NCBI RefSeq assembly: GCF_009659535.1
Contig: NZ_VJZZ01000003.1
Coordinates: 316,947 to 380,946, forward strand
Reading direction: 5' to 3'
DNA: 64,000 nucleotides
DNA from: Aggregicoccus sp. 17bor-14
GTDB lineage: Bacteria; Myxococcota; Myxococcia; Myxococcales; Myxococcaceae
Below, in pieces: positions 1-9,889 of this stretch. Within the stretch, counting starts at the first letter, position 1, and each line of letters opens with the position of its first letter. Made by a program: the position numbers and the translations under genes. Below the pieces are notes generated by a model. That model made no database searches, had not been told where the DNA came from, and worked only from the letters and a program-made list of their open reading frames with translations.

Positions 1-2
1 GC

Positions 3-869
3 CGCGGCTGCAACGCCGAGCGCCCCGAGGACCCGGCAGAGCGCCGCCGCGCGCGGGCGCCCTCCCCGCCGCCCCAGCCCGAGCCCGTCGCCACCGCGCC
101 CCCGAAGAAGCGCCGCGCCGGGTGCCTCCCGGTGCTGCTGCTCCTGCTCGCGGGCTTCGGCGTCTACCGCTGGTGGGGCGGCCAGACGCACGAGGTGCGC
201 GGCGAGGTGGCGGACCTCACCTGGACGCGCACGGTGCGCCGCGAGACCTTCCGCCCCGTGCAGCGCCAGGACTGGGAGGACGCGCTGCGCCGCCAGGCCC
301 CGCGCATGCCGGTGCAGGGGGCAGGCGAGGTGGCAGGCGTGGCGAACGTGCGCGACTGCGTGCGCCGCCAGCGCGGCACCCGCCGGGTGGCGGACGGCAC
401 CGAGCGCGTGTGCAGCACCCGCAGCCGCAAGGTGGCCTGCGGCTCCGAGGAGCGCTGCACCCGCCGCGACAAGGGCAACGGCTTCGCCGAGGAGACCTGC
501 CAGGACGTGACGAAGTACTGCAGCGAGTCCTACGAGGACTGCCGCGACCGCACCCGCTACCGCGAGGAGCCCGTCTACGGGCGCCAGTGCACCTACGACA
601 CCTTCGCCTGGGCGCCCTCGGACACGCGCACGCTGAGCGGCCATGCAGACGCGCCCCGCTGGCCGGAGCTCGCGGCGGGCCCCCTGGACCGGCTGCGCCG
701 CGAGGAGGGCTACCAGGTCAGCGTGCGCTACGAGGGCAAGAAGGGCCCGCACACCCACCTGCTCGAGCCCCACGGCGAGGCCGAGTTCGGGCGTTGGCGG
801 ATGGGCGATCGCGTGCGGCTCACCGTGACAAACCTGGGCGAGGTGACGAAGGTAGACCGGGCCCCCTGA
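3..869 (+). CDS. Hypothetical membrane-anchored Cys-rich protein, probably 5'-partial (the reading frame is open to the window start; KKRR then TM LPVLLLLLAGFGVYRWW, followed by a Cys-rich extracytoplasmic domain)
   Basis: Open frame from position 3 with no stop until 867-869. A positive patch sits before a hydrophobic helix. The ORF track lists 132..869 (GTG). There are no recognisable catalytic motifs. Confidence 0.4.
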   Translation, partial: RGCNAERPEDPAERRRARAPSPPPQPEPVATAPPKKRRAGCLPVLLLLLAGFGVYRWWGGQTHEVRGEVADLTWTRTVRRETFRPVQRQDWEDALRRQAPRMPVQGAGEVAGVANVRDCVRRQRGTRRVADGTERVCSTRSRKVACGSEERCTRRDKGNGFAEETCQDVTKYCSESYEDCRDRTRYREEPVYGRQCTYDTFAWAPSDTRTLSGHADAPRWPELAAGPLDRLRREEGYQVSVRYEGKKGPHTHLLEPHGEAEFGRWRMGDRVRLTVTNLGEVTKVDRAP

Positions 870-929
870 CCCGAAGCCCTCCAGATGGGCCGCCTTGACG
901 GAAGGGACCCGGTGTTAGAAGGAGGAACC

Positions 930-2702
930 TTGAGCAACGGCACTCCGTCATCCCCCACCCCCGGCGTCGGCTTCGACGCCCTCGGCATTCTCCCGCCCCT
1001 CCTGTCGGCGCTCAGCGCCCTGGGCTACGAGGAGGCCACTCCCATCCAGAGCGCGAGCATCCCCTCGCTGCTGCAGGGGCGCGACCTGCTGGGCATCGCC
1101 GCCACCGGCACCGGCAAGACGGCCGCCTTCGCGCTGCCGATGCTCCAGCGCATCGTGCCGGGCGCCGCCGAGCCCTTCAGCGCCAGCGCGCTGGTGCTGG
1201 TACCCACCCGCGAGCTCGCGATGCAGGTGGCCGAGGCGGTGCACCGCTACGGCCAGGCGCTGGGCATCCGCTGCCTGCCGCTCTACGGCGGCCAGGACAT
1301 CGGCCAGCAGCTGCGCGCGCTCAAGCGCGGCATCGACGTGGTGGTGGCCACCCCGGGCCGCGCCATCGATCACCTGGGGCGCAAGACGCTCAAGCTGGAC
1401 AAGGTGAAGACGGTGGTGCTCGACGAGGCGGACGAGATGCTCGACATGGGCTTCGCCGAGGACCTCGAGACGCTGCTCGACGCGACCCCCTCCGACCGCC
1501 AGACCGCTCTCTTCAGCGCCACCCTGCCGCCGCGCATCGTGGGCATCGCCGAGCGCCACCTGAAGGACCCGGTGCGCGTGAAGATCGCCAAGGAGAAGCT
1601 CGCGGCGGGCGCCATGCCCCGCGTGCGCCAGACGGCGTACATCGTGCCGCGCGCCTACAAGGCCGCCACCCTCAGCCGCGTGCTGGACGTGGAGGCGCCC
1701 ACCAGCTGCATCATCTTCTGCCGCACCCGCACCGAGGTGGACGAGCTCACGGTGAGCCTCAACGCCCACGGCTGGCGCGCCCAGGCGCTGCACGGCGGCA
1801 TGAGCCAGGAGCAGCGCGACCGCGTGCTGCGCCAGTTCAAGGCGCACGGCGTGGAGCTGCTGGTGGCCACGGACGTGGCGGCGCGCGGCCTGGACATCGA
1901 GAAGCTCACCCACGTGGTGAACTACGACGTGCCCAACGCCCCCGAGGCCTACGTGCACCGCATCGGGCGCACGGGGCGCGCGGGCCGTGAGGGCGTGGCC
2001 ATCACGCTCGCGGAGCCCAAGGAGAGCCGCCTCCTCAAGAACATCGAGCGCGTCACCGGCCAGCGCATCGAGCTCGCGACCGTGCCCACCGTGGCGGACC
2101 TGCGCGCGCGCCGCCTCGAGCTCCTGCGCTCGAGCGTGCACGAGGTGCTCATCGCCGGCGAGCTGGACTCCTTCCGCGGCGTGGTGGAGAGCCTCTCCGC
2201 GGAGTTCGGCGCGCTGGACGTGGCGGCCGCCGCGATGAAGCTGCTGCACCAGCAGACCCAGGACGGCGCGAAGGAGGAGGACGAGCAGGACATCCCCACC
2301 GCCGCACCGGCGCCCGAGCGCGGCGAGCGGCGCACGGGCAACATGCGCGTGGGCGAGTACCCGGGCCGCGGGCCCCGCCGCCCCGAGCGCGGCACCCGCC
2401 CGGACGCGGAGGACGGCGGCGCCGAGCGCACCGGCCCGCCGCGGCGCAAGGGCCCTCCCGAGACGAACCTGGTGAAGCTCTTCGTGGGCGCCGGGCGCAA
2501 GATGGGCATGCGCCCCGCGGACCTGGTGGGCGCCATCGCCGGCGAGGCGGGCCTGCCCTCCAGCCGCATCGGCGCCATCCAGATTGCAGACGGCTACTCG
2601 CTCGTCGAGGTCCCCGACGACGCGGCGGATGCCGTGGTCAACGCGCTCAAGAGCGCCACCCTGCGCGGCAAGCGCGTGCCGGTGCGCCGCGAGCGGGGCT
2701 AG
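930..2702 (+). CDS. deaD: DEAD-box ATP-dependent RNA helicase (DeaD/CsdA-like) with C-terminal DbpA-type RNA-binding domain
   Basis: Motifs present: Q-motif (TPIQ), Walker A (AATGTGKTAAF), DEAD (VLDEADEML), SAT, HRIGRTGRAGREG and a C-terminal GYSLVEVP domain. TTG at 930 is preceded by AAGGAGG at 919-925; the ORF track start is 885. Confidence 0.9.
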   Translation: MSNGTPSSPTPGVGFDALGILPPLLSALSALGYEEATPIQSASIPSLLQGRDLLGIAATGTGKTAAFALPMLQRIVPGAAEPFSASALVLVPTRELAMQVAEAVHRYGQALGIRCLPLYGGQDIGQQLRALKRGIDVVVATPGRAIDHLGRKTLKLDKVKTVVLDEADEMLDMGFAEDLETLLDATPSDRQTALFSATLPPRIVGIAERHLKDPVRVKIAKEKLAAGAMPRVRQTAYIVPRAYKAATLSRVLDVEAPTSCIIFCRTRTEVDELTVSLNAHGWRAQALHGGMSQEQRDRVLRQFKAHGVELLVATDVAARGLDIEKLTHVVNYDVPNAPEAYVHRIGRTGRAGREGVAITLAEPKESRLLKNIERVTGQRIELATVPTVADLRARRLELLRSSVHEVLIAGELDSFRGVVESLSAEFGALDVAAAAMKLLHQQTQDGAKEEDEQDIPTAAPAPERGERRTGNMRVGEYPGRGPRRPERGTRPDAEDGGAERTGPPRRKGPPETNLVKLFVGAGRKMGMRPADLVGAIAGEAGLPSSRIGAIQIADGYSLVEVPDDAADAVVNALKSATLRGKRVPVRRERG

Positions 2703-2715
2703 GAGCGAGGGCGCG

Positions 2716-3024
2716 ATGGAGTGCACCTGCTGCGGAGCCTGCTGCGTCGCGCCGGACATCGCCGCGCTGGACAAGCCGCTGGGGCTGCGCTGCCCGCACC
2801 TGGGCGAGGACAACCTCTGCACGGTGTACGAGCGCAGGCCCCAGGTGTGCCGCGACTACGCGGCGGACCAGGTGTGCCGGATGATCGAGGCGCCCACGCT
2901 GGAGGAGCGCGTGCACAAGTACCTCTCGCTGTTCGGGCTCGCCGAGGAGGCGCAGGCGGTGCGCGCGAGCGGCTGCCGCACGCTCACGGCTGCGCGCAGG
3001 GTGGAGGCGCTGCGTGGGCGCTGA
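2716..3024 (+). CDS. YkgJ/UPF0153 family putative zinc- or iron-chelating protein (CxxCxxCC motif)
   Basis: MECTCCGACC...C...C pattern. ATG at 2716 lies in frame inside the 2584..3024 ORF, with an AGGAGCGAGGG RBS-like tract just upstream. Confidence 0.6.
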   Translation: MECTCCGACCVAPDIAALDKPLGLRCPHLGEDNLCTVYERRPQVCRDYAADQVCRMIEAPTLEERVHKYLSLFGLAEEAQAVRASGCRTLTAARRVEALRGR

Positions 3025-4009
3025 GCTCCCGCCGGCCTTCGAGCCCAGCGCGCCCTTCGTGCCCGCGCCCCTCCTGGGCAACCCGCACGCGCAGACCATC
3101 TTCGCCTCGGTCTTCCGCTCGAAGGACCTGCCCGAGAGCCGCCGGGAGCGCTACGAGACCCACGACGGCGACTTCGTGGACCTGGACCACTGCGAGGGCA
3201 GCCGCGCGGGCGCTCCGCACGTGGTGGTGCTGCACGGGCTGGAGGGCAGCTCACGCGCGGGCTACGTGGCGGCCGTGGTGCGCGGCGCGCACGCGCTCGG
3301 CTGGGGCGCCACTGCGCTCAACTTCCGCTCCTGCTCCGGAGAGCCGAACCGGCTCGCCCGCTCCTACCACTCGGGCGACACCGAGGATGCGCTCGAGGTG
3401 CTGCGCCGCGTGCGCGCCCAGGTGCAGGGGCCCCTCTTCGCAGTGGGCTTCTCGCTCGGGGGCAACGTGCTGCTCCGGCTGCTCGAGGAGACCGGGGACG
3501 CGGCGCCCGTGGACGCGGCCGCCGCGGTGAGCGTGCCCTACGACCTGGAGGCCTGCGCGCGGCGGATCGACGCGGGCGGCGGCATCCACCGCGTCTACCG
3601 CGAGCGCTTCCTGCGCACGCTCAAGAAGAAGGCGCGCGAGAAGGCCCGGCGCTTTCCGGGCGCCTTCGACGTCGCGGCGATGGAGCGCGCGCGCGGGCTC
3701 GTGGCTTTCGACGACGCCGTCACCGCGCCCCTGCACGGCTTCACCAGCGCGCGCGACTACTACGCGCGCGCCTCCTCGGGCCCGCACCTCGCCGCCATCC
3801 GGCGCCCCACGCTGCTGCTCAGCGCGAGCGACGATCCCATGGTGCCTCCTCCCGGCATCCCGCAGGACGCCGCGAAGAACCCGCGCCTCCGCGTCCTGAG
3901 GACCGAGCGCGGAGGCCACGTGGGCTTCGTGGGAGGCGAGCTGCACGCCCCCGACTTCTGGGCCGAGGCGCAGGTGCTGCGCTTCCTCTCCCAGCAACTC
4001 TCCGGTTGA
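3014..4009 (+). CDS. Alpha/beta hydrolase, YheT-like
   Basis: HVVVLHGLEGSS oxyanion region, GFSLGGN nucleophile elbow, and a C-terminal D/H region (GGHVGF). Confidence 0.75.
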   Translation: MGAELPPAFEPSAPFVPAPLLGNPHAQTIFASVFRSKDLPESRRERYETHDGDFVDLDHCEGSRAGAPHVVVLHGLEGSSRAGYVAAVVRGAHALGWGATALNFRSCSGEPNRLARSYHSGDTEDALEVLRRVRAQVQGPLFAVGFSLGGNVLLRLLEETGDAAPVDAAAAVSVPYDLEACARRIDAGGGIHRVYRERFLRTLKKKAREKARRFPGAFDVAAMERARGLVAFDDAVTAPLHGFTSARDYYARASSGPHLAAIRRPTLLLSASDDPMVPPPGIPQDAAKNPRLRVLRTERGGHVGFVGGELHAPDFWAEAQVLRFLSQQLSG

Positions 4010-4015
4010 GGTGAA

Positions 4016-4053
4016 CCGGTCCTCGCGCTCGGACGTCCCGCGCTGAGGACCGG
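4016..4053 (+). terminator. GC hairpin (9-bp stem CCGGTCCTC/GAGGACCGG) 7 nt after the hydrolase stop; candidate intrinsic terminator without a U tract
   Basis: Perfect inverted repeat read directly from the sequence, lying in a convergent intergenic region. Confidence 0.3.
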
Positions 4054-4099
4054 CCCCCCCCCTCTTCCACCCCCGGGCCGCTCGACCTGGGAGGGCCGT

Positions 4100-4756
4100 G
4101 CTGCGCCCTGCCCAGGGACTCGTGCCCGTCCTGCGTGCTGCGAACTGCCCCTCCCCCGTGCTGCTCACGGCCGTCCCCCCGGCCCGCCGTGTCCTGCCCC
4201 GACCCCGTCCCGCCCGTACGACCCGACTCCCCGTGCCACCCCGTGCTGCTCAGCCCAGCCCGACCCCGTCCCGCCCGTGCTGCCCCGTACCGCTGTGCTG
4301 ACCCGTGCTGCCGTGCTGCCCCGTACCACTGTGCTGCCCCGTGCTGCGCGCTCCCCGTACTGCCCGCGACCGACCCCGACCCGCCCGTCCTGCGCTGCTC
4401 CCCGTGCTGCCCCGTACCGCCCTGCGACCGCCCCGACCCGCCCGTCCTACCCCGTGCTGCCGTGCTGCCCCGTGATGCCGTACCGCCCCGTGTTGCCGTA
4501 CCGCCCCGTCCTGCCGTGCTGCCCCGACCCGCCCGTCCGACCCCACTGCCCTGCCCTGCCGTACTGCCCAGACTCCCGAACTGCCCCGTCCTGCCACCCC
4601 GCCCGACCCGCCCATCCTGCCGTGCTGCCCCGACCCCGTCCCGCCCGTCCTGCCCTACCGCCCCGTCCTGCCCCGACCCCGTCCCGCCCGTACCACCGTG
4701 CTGCCCCGTCCTGCCCCGTCCCGCCCGTCCTGCGTGCTGACGTGGCGCTGCCTTAG
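4100..4756. repeat. About 650 bp of degenerate C-rich tandem repeats (units such as CCGTGCTGCCCCGTACCGC / CCCGTCCTGCC); the complementary strand is rich in GGGG runs
   Basis: Visible periodic repetition of 15-21 nt units of irregular length, so not codon-periodic, with extreme C/G strand asymmetry. It lies between convergent genes. The Pro-rich ORFs 4135..4740 and 4277..4756 are probably artefacts of the repeat. Confidence 0.7.
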
Positions 4757-4963
4757 CAGGCGGCGTGCCGCGCCCTCGCGGTCAAGAAATCTCCTGCGGC
4801 GGCGGGCACTTGGCGCATGTACCCCTTCCGGGTGGGTGCGGGTGCCCCCCGCCTGGCGGAAATAATTAGCGTGCCGTGCGGGGCGCCCCGGAGCGCCCTA
4901 CCGGAAGTGGGAAAACTCTTTCCACTCCCGCCCGCGCGGCACGCGGGCGCATCGGCCTGCGGA

Positions 4964-5872
4964 CTAGAGGCTCGGTCGGTACGTGGACACGGCCCAGGCC
5001 ATGCGCGCGGCCTGGTCGCCCGTGAACTCGTTCATGCAGGCGTCGTCCGTGTAGTCCATGTAGTTGCTCGTCGGGTCCAGCCCGGGGCTCGGGCAGGTGT
5101 CGCGGCCCACGGGGCAGCCGAAGGCGGGCGAGGCCTCCGCGGGCGTGTCGTCGCAGAAGTCGCCGTCGCCGGTGCACCCGCCCTCGAAGGTGTGCGCGAG
5201 TCCGAGGTAGTGCCCCACCTCGTGCGTCGCCGTGCGGCCGAGGTTGTACGGCGCTGCGCTTCCGCCCGGCAGCGAGCTGTAGAGGATGACCACGCCGTGC
5301 ATGTAGTTCGTCTCCTCGAAGCTCCACGGGTAGTACGCGAAGCCGAGCAGCCCCTTGGAGAGGTTCGTCGTGTAGATGTTGAGCGTGTGCGCCGGGTCGG
5401 TCGCGAGCGCCTTCTTCATCTGCCGCTCGTCGCCGCTGCCGCCGTTGAGCTTGAACCAGGCGTCGTTCGCCGTGCGCGTCACCACCGCCTTGCGGAAGCT
5501 GAAGCCGAAGGTCGCGTAGTCCTGGTTGAGCACCTGGATCTGCGCGTCCAGCTGGCGCTCGGGCACGTTGCCCTCGCCGCTCGAGGAGGTGACGACGTGG
5601 AAGGCCACGTCGATGCTCTTCGTGCGCGAGGAGCTCTTGAGCTGCGCGAGCACCCGCGCGTCCGGGCGCCGCGACTTCGCCGCCGGCCCGAAGTCCACCG
5701 CCCCGCAGTGGCCGCTCGCCGTCGCGAGCAGCGCCTCCAGGTTGCCCACCGCCTCCACCTCGGCGTCCGCCGCGGCCTCCGCCGGCGAGCCCTCGCCCGA
5801 GGTGGGGCCGCACGCCGCGAGCCCCAGCGCCACCGCGGCCCACAGTCCGACCGTTCCCCATCGCATCGTCAT
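4964..5872 (-). CDS. M43-family (ulilysin/pappalysin-like, cytophagalysin) zinc metalloprotease lipoprotein
   Basis: HEVGHYLGLAHTF metzincin motif, a Cys-rich C-terminus, and signal peptide plus lipobox MTMRWGTVGLWAAVALGLAAC. ATG at 5872 follows a GGAGGGGAC RBS. The upstream part of the 629-aa ORF is an Ala/Arg-rich artefact. Confidence 0.8.
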   Translation of the reverse strand: MTMRWGTVGLWAAVALGLAACGPTSGEGSPAEAAADAEVEAVGNLEALLATASGHCGAVDFGPAAKSRRPDARVLAQLKSSSRTKSIDVAFHVVTSSSGEGNVPERQLDAQIQVLNQDYATFGFSFRKAVVTRTANDAWFKLNGGSGDERQMKKALATDPAHTLNIYTTNLSKGLLGFAYYPWSFEETNYMHGVVILYSSLPGGSAAPYNLGRTATHEVGHYLGLAHTFEGGCTGDGDFCDDTPAEASPAFGCPVGRDTCPSPGLDPTSNYMDYTDDACMNEFTGDQAARMAWAVSTYRPSL

Positions 5873-6087
5873 GTCCCCTCCCACTGCCGTGAAGCGCTGC
5901 AGGCCCGGGCGGCGCGCGCCGCGCACGTCTCCCGGCCGGCGCTGTGCGCTGGGCAGCGCCGGACCCAGGCGAGGGTCTACGGCGCGCGCGGGCGCTGCGG
6001 CAGCGGGGCGCTCCCGCAGGACGAGGGGGCTGTCCTGCCGCGGGCAGCTTCGGCGCGAGGGGATGTCCTTCAGCGAGCGCCCGGCGC

Positions 6088-6495
6088 TCAGGCCTGGCCC
6101 ACCGGCGGGCGCAGGATGCGCAGCAGCGAGGTGGACAGCACGTCGTGCAGCGCCTGCTGCAGCGCGGAGAGCAGCTGGCGCAGCTCGTCGGGAGAGGAGG
6201 CGCCCACCTCCTCGACGCGCTCCTGCACGCCCTCCGTCACGCGCAGCCTTCCGGGCAGCAGCGAGATGACCGGCAGGCGCGGCTGGCGGCGGCGCAGCAG
6301 CCCGAGGAAGAGCGGGTCGTCCTCGCCGGGGCGCCGCAGGTCCACGATGACGAGCGCGGGCAGCTGCACGGCCATCGCCGCGAAGGCCTCGTCCCCATCC
6401 GCCACCGCCTGCAGCACCAGCCCCGGCTCCGCGAGCATGCGCGCGAGCAGCACCCGCGAGGGGGGGTGGGGGCTGACGATGAGGACGCGGCGCAT
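6088..6495 (-). CDS. Stand-alone response-regulator receiver domain protein
   Basis: MRRVLIVSPHPP..., acidic pocket DGDE, and the phospho-acceptor region VIVDLRRPGEDD. ATG at 6495 is in frame within the 265-aa ORF. Confidence 0.65.
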   Translation of the reverse strand: MRRVLIVSPHPPSRVLLARMLAEPGLVLQAVADGDEAFAAMAVQLPALVIVDLRRPGEDDPLFLGLLRRRQPRLPVISLLPGRLRVTEGVQERVEEVGASSPDELRQLLSALQQALHDVLSTSLLRILRPPVGQA

Positions 6496-6892
6496 CACCG
6501 CGCAAAGATAAGACGGCCCCGGGCCCTGCGCAGCCCGGCCCCGGAGCGCGTGAGGGGCGCCCCCTAGCGCGCGGGGAGCAGGTTGCGGCGGGCGAGCACG
6601 ATGTCCAGGTAGCGGCTCGTGCTGCTGCGGGGGGCGAACCACATCCGCACCTCCCCCGCCCGGTCCGTGGGCTCGGCGCCCTCGCGCACCTCGGTGGCGC
6701 GCGGGCCCATCGCGCGAGGCTCGTGACCCGGGTCCTGCGTGCTGCTGGGCAGCGGCTGTGGCATCTGCATGTCCCCCCTGCGGGAAGCCCCCTGGGCCTC
6801 CCTGTCGCGCACCTGCTCCGGACCTCCCGGCCAGCCCGAGCGCTGACGGCCACTCTAGCGGGCCGCGCGCCCCCTCACAACCCAATCCCGCC

Positions 6893-8386
6893 TTAACGCC
6901 CGAGAGCAGGAATTCCCGACGGCGGTGGGACCGCCTCCGGGCCCGGGGACGCGAGCGGGAGCGGCGCCTGCTCGAGCTCGGGAGCGCGCAGGGGGCGGGT
7001 CACCGCGTCCACCGGCAGCAGCGCCGGCAGCTCCTCGCCCCCCGCGGCCCCCAGGTCGCGGAAGCGCCGCGCGCCGGGCAGCACCCGGCTCTCCAGCGAG
7101 CCCACCGCCTCGTTGTACGCGCCCACCGAGCGGTCGAGGCTGCGGCCCAGCTCGCTGAAGTGGCGCGCCAGGGTGCGCACGCGCTCGTAGAGGCCGCGGC
7201 CCAGCTCGCGGATCTCCGCCGCGTTCTCCGCCACGCGCTCCTGGCGCCAGCCGTACGCCACCGCGCGCAGCAGCGCGATGAGCGTGGTGGGCGTGGCGAG
7301 GATGACCTGGCGGTCCACTCCGGCCTCGATGAGGCCGGGGTCGTGCTCCAGCGCAGCAGAGAAGAAGGTCTCTCCGGGCAGGAACATCACCACGAACTCC
7401 GGCGTGGCCTCGAACTGCTCCCAGTAGGCCTTGTCCCCGAGCTGCTTGAGGTGCGCGCGCAGCTGCCCCGCGTGCTCGCGCAGCTTCGCCACGCGCGCGC
7501 CCTCCTCCTTCGCCTCGAGCGCCTGCAGGTAGGCCTGCAGCGGAGCCTTGGAGTCCACGACGACGCACTTGCCGCCGGGCAGGCGCACCACCAGGTCCGG
7601 CCGCAGCGCGCCGCGCTCGCCCGTGCGCTGCTCCTGCTGCACGAAGTCGCAGGCCTCCACCATCCCGGCCATCTCCACCACGCGCCGCAGCTGGATCTCC
7701 CCCCAGCGACCGCGCGCGTTGGGGGCCTTGAGCGCGCCCACCAGGCTCGCCGTCTCGGCGCGCAGCGCGTCCTGGGTCAGCGCGAGCGACTGCAGCTGCT
7801 GGGCGAGGCTGCCGTAGGCCTGGGCGCGCGCCGTCTCCAGCTGCCCCACGTGCTGGTCCACCTTGTCGAGGCTCTCGCGCAGCGGCTTCACCAGCGCCTC
7901 GATGGCCTCCTGGCGCCGCCCGAGCTCGCCGGCCGCGCCCTCGTTGAAGCGCGCGAGCTGCACCTGGGCGAGCTCGAGGAAGGCCTGCGCGTTGCTCTGC
8001 AGCGCGTCCGCCGAGAGCGCGCGGAAGGCCTGCTGCAGCTCGGCGCGCGCCTGGGTGAGCAGCTGCAGCTTCTCCTCCATCCCCCGCCGCTCCTCGGCCT
8101 GGGCGGAGAGGGCCGCGCTCAGGCGCACCTCGAGCCTGCCGGCCTCCGCCTGGAGTCCCTCCGCGCGCCGGCGCTCGGCGTCCAGCGCGCGCCGCGCCTC
8201 GAGCAGCTCCGCCTCCCGCCCGCGCAGCCGCTCGGCCACCGTGGCGCGCTCGGCGTCCGCGCGCGCCCGCTCGAGCGCCGCGGCCTGCAGCGCGCGCGGG
8301 CGCAGCAGCAGGAACGCGAGGCCCGCGCCGAGCAGCGCGCCTGCGAGGAGACCGAAGAGACCGAGCGCGACGCCGAGCGTGTCCAT
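6893..8386 (-). CDS. rmuC: DNA recombination protein RmuC
   Basis: N-terminal TM segment, long coiled-coil, and a conserved RmuC C-terminal region ([22 protein letters not shown]...FVVMFLPGE). ATG at 8386. Confidence 0.85.
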   Translation of the reverse strand: MDTLGVALGLFGLLAGALLGAGLAFLLLRPRALQAAALERARADAERATVAERLRGREAELLEARRALDAERRRAEGLQAEAGRLEVRLSAALSAQAEERRGMEEKLQLLTQARAELQQAFRALSADALQSNAQAFLELAQVQLARFNEGAAGELGRRQEAIEALVKPLRESLDKVDQHVGQLETARAQAYGSLAQQLQSLALTQDALRAETASLVGALKAPNARGRWGEIQLRRVVEMAGMVEACDFVQQEQRTGERGALRPDLVVRLPGGKCVVVDSKAPLQAYLQALEAKEEGARVAKLREHAGQLRAHLKQLGDKAYWEQFEATPEFVVMFLPGETFFSAALEHDPGLIEAGVDRQVILATPTTLIALLRAVAYGWRQERVAENAAEIRELGRGLYERVRTLARHFSELGRSLDRSVGAYNEAVGSLESRVLPGARRFRDLGAAGGEELPALLPVDAVTRPLRAPELEQAPLPLASPGPEAVPPPSGIPALGR

Positions 8387-8445
8387 GCAGGGCCGCATCC
8401 TCGGCGGCCAGGCTGACATCCGCCAGCGCTCGCGGCGCCGCGGCC

Positions 8446-9792
8446 TCAGGGGTCCTGCGCCGCGCCCTCCACCAGCTCCTTCCCCCGCAGCTCCGGCAGG
8501 AGCAGGGTGCCCGCCACCGCGACGCCGAAGAGCAGCGCGAAGCTGCCGAAGGCGGCCGGGACGCCGCCCCACGCGAGCAGCGGAGGCACCGACAGGGGCG
8601 CGAGGATGGAGGCGATGCGCCCGAAGCCCGCCGCCCAGCCGCTGCCCGTCGCGCGCACCTCGGTGGGGTACACCTCGGGCGTCGCCGCGTAGAGCGCGCC
8701 CCAGGCCCCCAGGTTGAAGAAGGAGAGGAGCACGCCGGCGGCGAGCAGCGTGGCCCCGGTGTGCGCGGCGGCGAAGAACAGCGCGGAGCCGGCGCTGCCC
8801 ACGAGGAAGGTGGTGAGCGTGGGGCGGCGCCCCCAGCGCTCGATGAGCCATGCCGCCACCGCGTAGCCCGGCAGCTGCGCCAGGGTCATCAGCAGGGTGA
8901 ACTCGAAGGAGCGCACCATGGAGAACCCGCGCTGGACGAGCAGCGTGGGCAGCCAGATGAAGGCGCCGTAGTACGCGAAGTTGATGCCGAACCAGATGAG
9001 CCAGAGCGCCAGCGTGCGCCGGCGGAACGGGGTGCGCCACAGCGCCGCGAGCCCCACGGCCGGCGCGGCCGGCTCGGCCACGGGGGCCGCGCTGCTGCGG
9101 GCCTCTGGAGAGGCCTGCCCCGCCGAGGCCTCCAGCCTGCGCACCACGGCCTCCGCCTCGGCGTGGCGCCCGCGCCGCTCGAGGTAGCGCACGGACTCCG
9201 GAAGCGAGCGGCGCACCACCACCGAGTAGAGCGCGGGCAGGGCGCCCACCCCCAGCGCCCAGCGCCAGCCCTCCGCCGAGCGCGAGACGACGAAGGTGCC
9301 GACCAGCGCGGCGAGGATCCACCCCGCGGCCCAGAAGGCCTCGAGCAGCACCACGAGCCGACCGCGGATGCGCGCGGGGGCGAACTCGCTCACCAGGGTG
9401 GCCGCGACGGGCAGCTCCGCGCCCAGCCCCAGCCCGATGAAGAAGCGCAGGGCGAGCAGCATCTCCACCGAGGTGGACGCGGCCGCGAGCGCCGTGGCGA
9501 GCCCGTAGACGAGCAGCGTGCCGGCGAAGACGAAGCGGCGGCCGAAGCGGTCCGCGAGGCTGCCGCCCACGCTCGCCCCCAGCGCCATCCCGATGAAGCC
9601 CACCGCCCCCACCCACGCGAGCGTCCCGGGAGCCAGGCCCCACTGCCGCGCGAGCGCCGGCATGATGAAGGACACCAGCCCCACGTCCATCGCGTCCATC
9701 GCCCAGCCCAGCCCCGAGACGAGGAGGAAGGTGCGGTGCAGGGGGGTGAAGGGCAGGCGGTCGAGCCGCTCGAGGCGCGAGGGAGTGCTCAC
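8446..9792 (-). CDS. MFS transporter
   Basis: Twelve predicted TM helices and the MFS loop motif [14 protein letters not shown] start at 9792 is proposed; the alternative ATG at 9891 would overlap the divergent helicase start. Confidence 0.75.
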   Translation of the reverse strand: MSTPSRLERLDRLPFTPLHRTFLLVSGLGWAMDAMDVGLVSFIMPALARQWGLAPGTLAWVGAVGFIGMALGASVGGSLADRFGRRFVFAGTLLVYGLATALAAASTSVEMLLALRFFIGLGLGAELPVAATLVSEFAPARIRGRLVVLLEAFWAAGWILAALVGTFVVSRSAEGWRWALGVGALPALYSVVVRRSLPESVRYLERRGRHAEAEAVVRRLEASAGQASPEARSSAAPVAEPAAPAVGLAALWRTPFRRRTLALWLIWFGINFAYYGAFIWLPTLLVQRGFSMVRSFEFTLLMTLAQLPGYAVAAWLIERWGRRPTLTTFLVGSAGSALFFAAAHTGATLLAAGVLLSFFNLGAWGALYAATPEVYPTEVRATGSGWAAGFGRIASILAPLSVPPLLAWGGVPAAFGSFALLFGVAVAGTLLLPELRGKELVEGAAQDP

Positions 9793-9889
9793 GCGCGGGG
9801 AGCGTAGTCGCCCCGCTCTGCCGGGCCGAGCGGGCTCCCGACCGGAAGTGCCCCAACCAACGCCTGCGGGACTAGAGTCCTCGCGCCCC

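Noticed and set aside
948-2822. 624-aa minus-strand ORF antisense to deaD, with similar long antisense ORFs elsewhere (18129..22808, 29807..33589, 53214..55163, 6758..8416, 39306..41525, 41985..43973)
   Set aside because: Ala/Arg/Gly/His-rich low-complexity translations typical of out-of-frame or antisense reading of >70% GC coding DNA. No motifs, and each overlaps a confidently identified gene.
4135-4756. Pro-rich ORFs (201 aa and 159 aa) across the tandem-repeat tract
   Set aside because: The repeat-unit length is not a multiple of three, two frames are equally open, and there is no start context. This is most likely a non-coding repeat.
6564-6812. 82-aa minus-strand ORF upstream of the receiver-domain gene
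   Set aside because: No RBS, no motifs and low-complexity. It could be a small protein, but support is too weak to call.
6893-9856. 987-aa ORF on the minus strand
   Set aside because: Only the C-terminal 497 codons (from ATG 8386) are RmuC. The upstream extension is antisense to, or out of frame with, the MFS transporter and is low-complexity.
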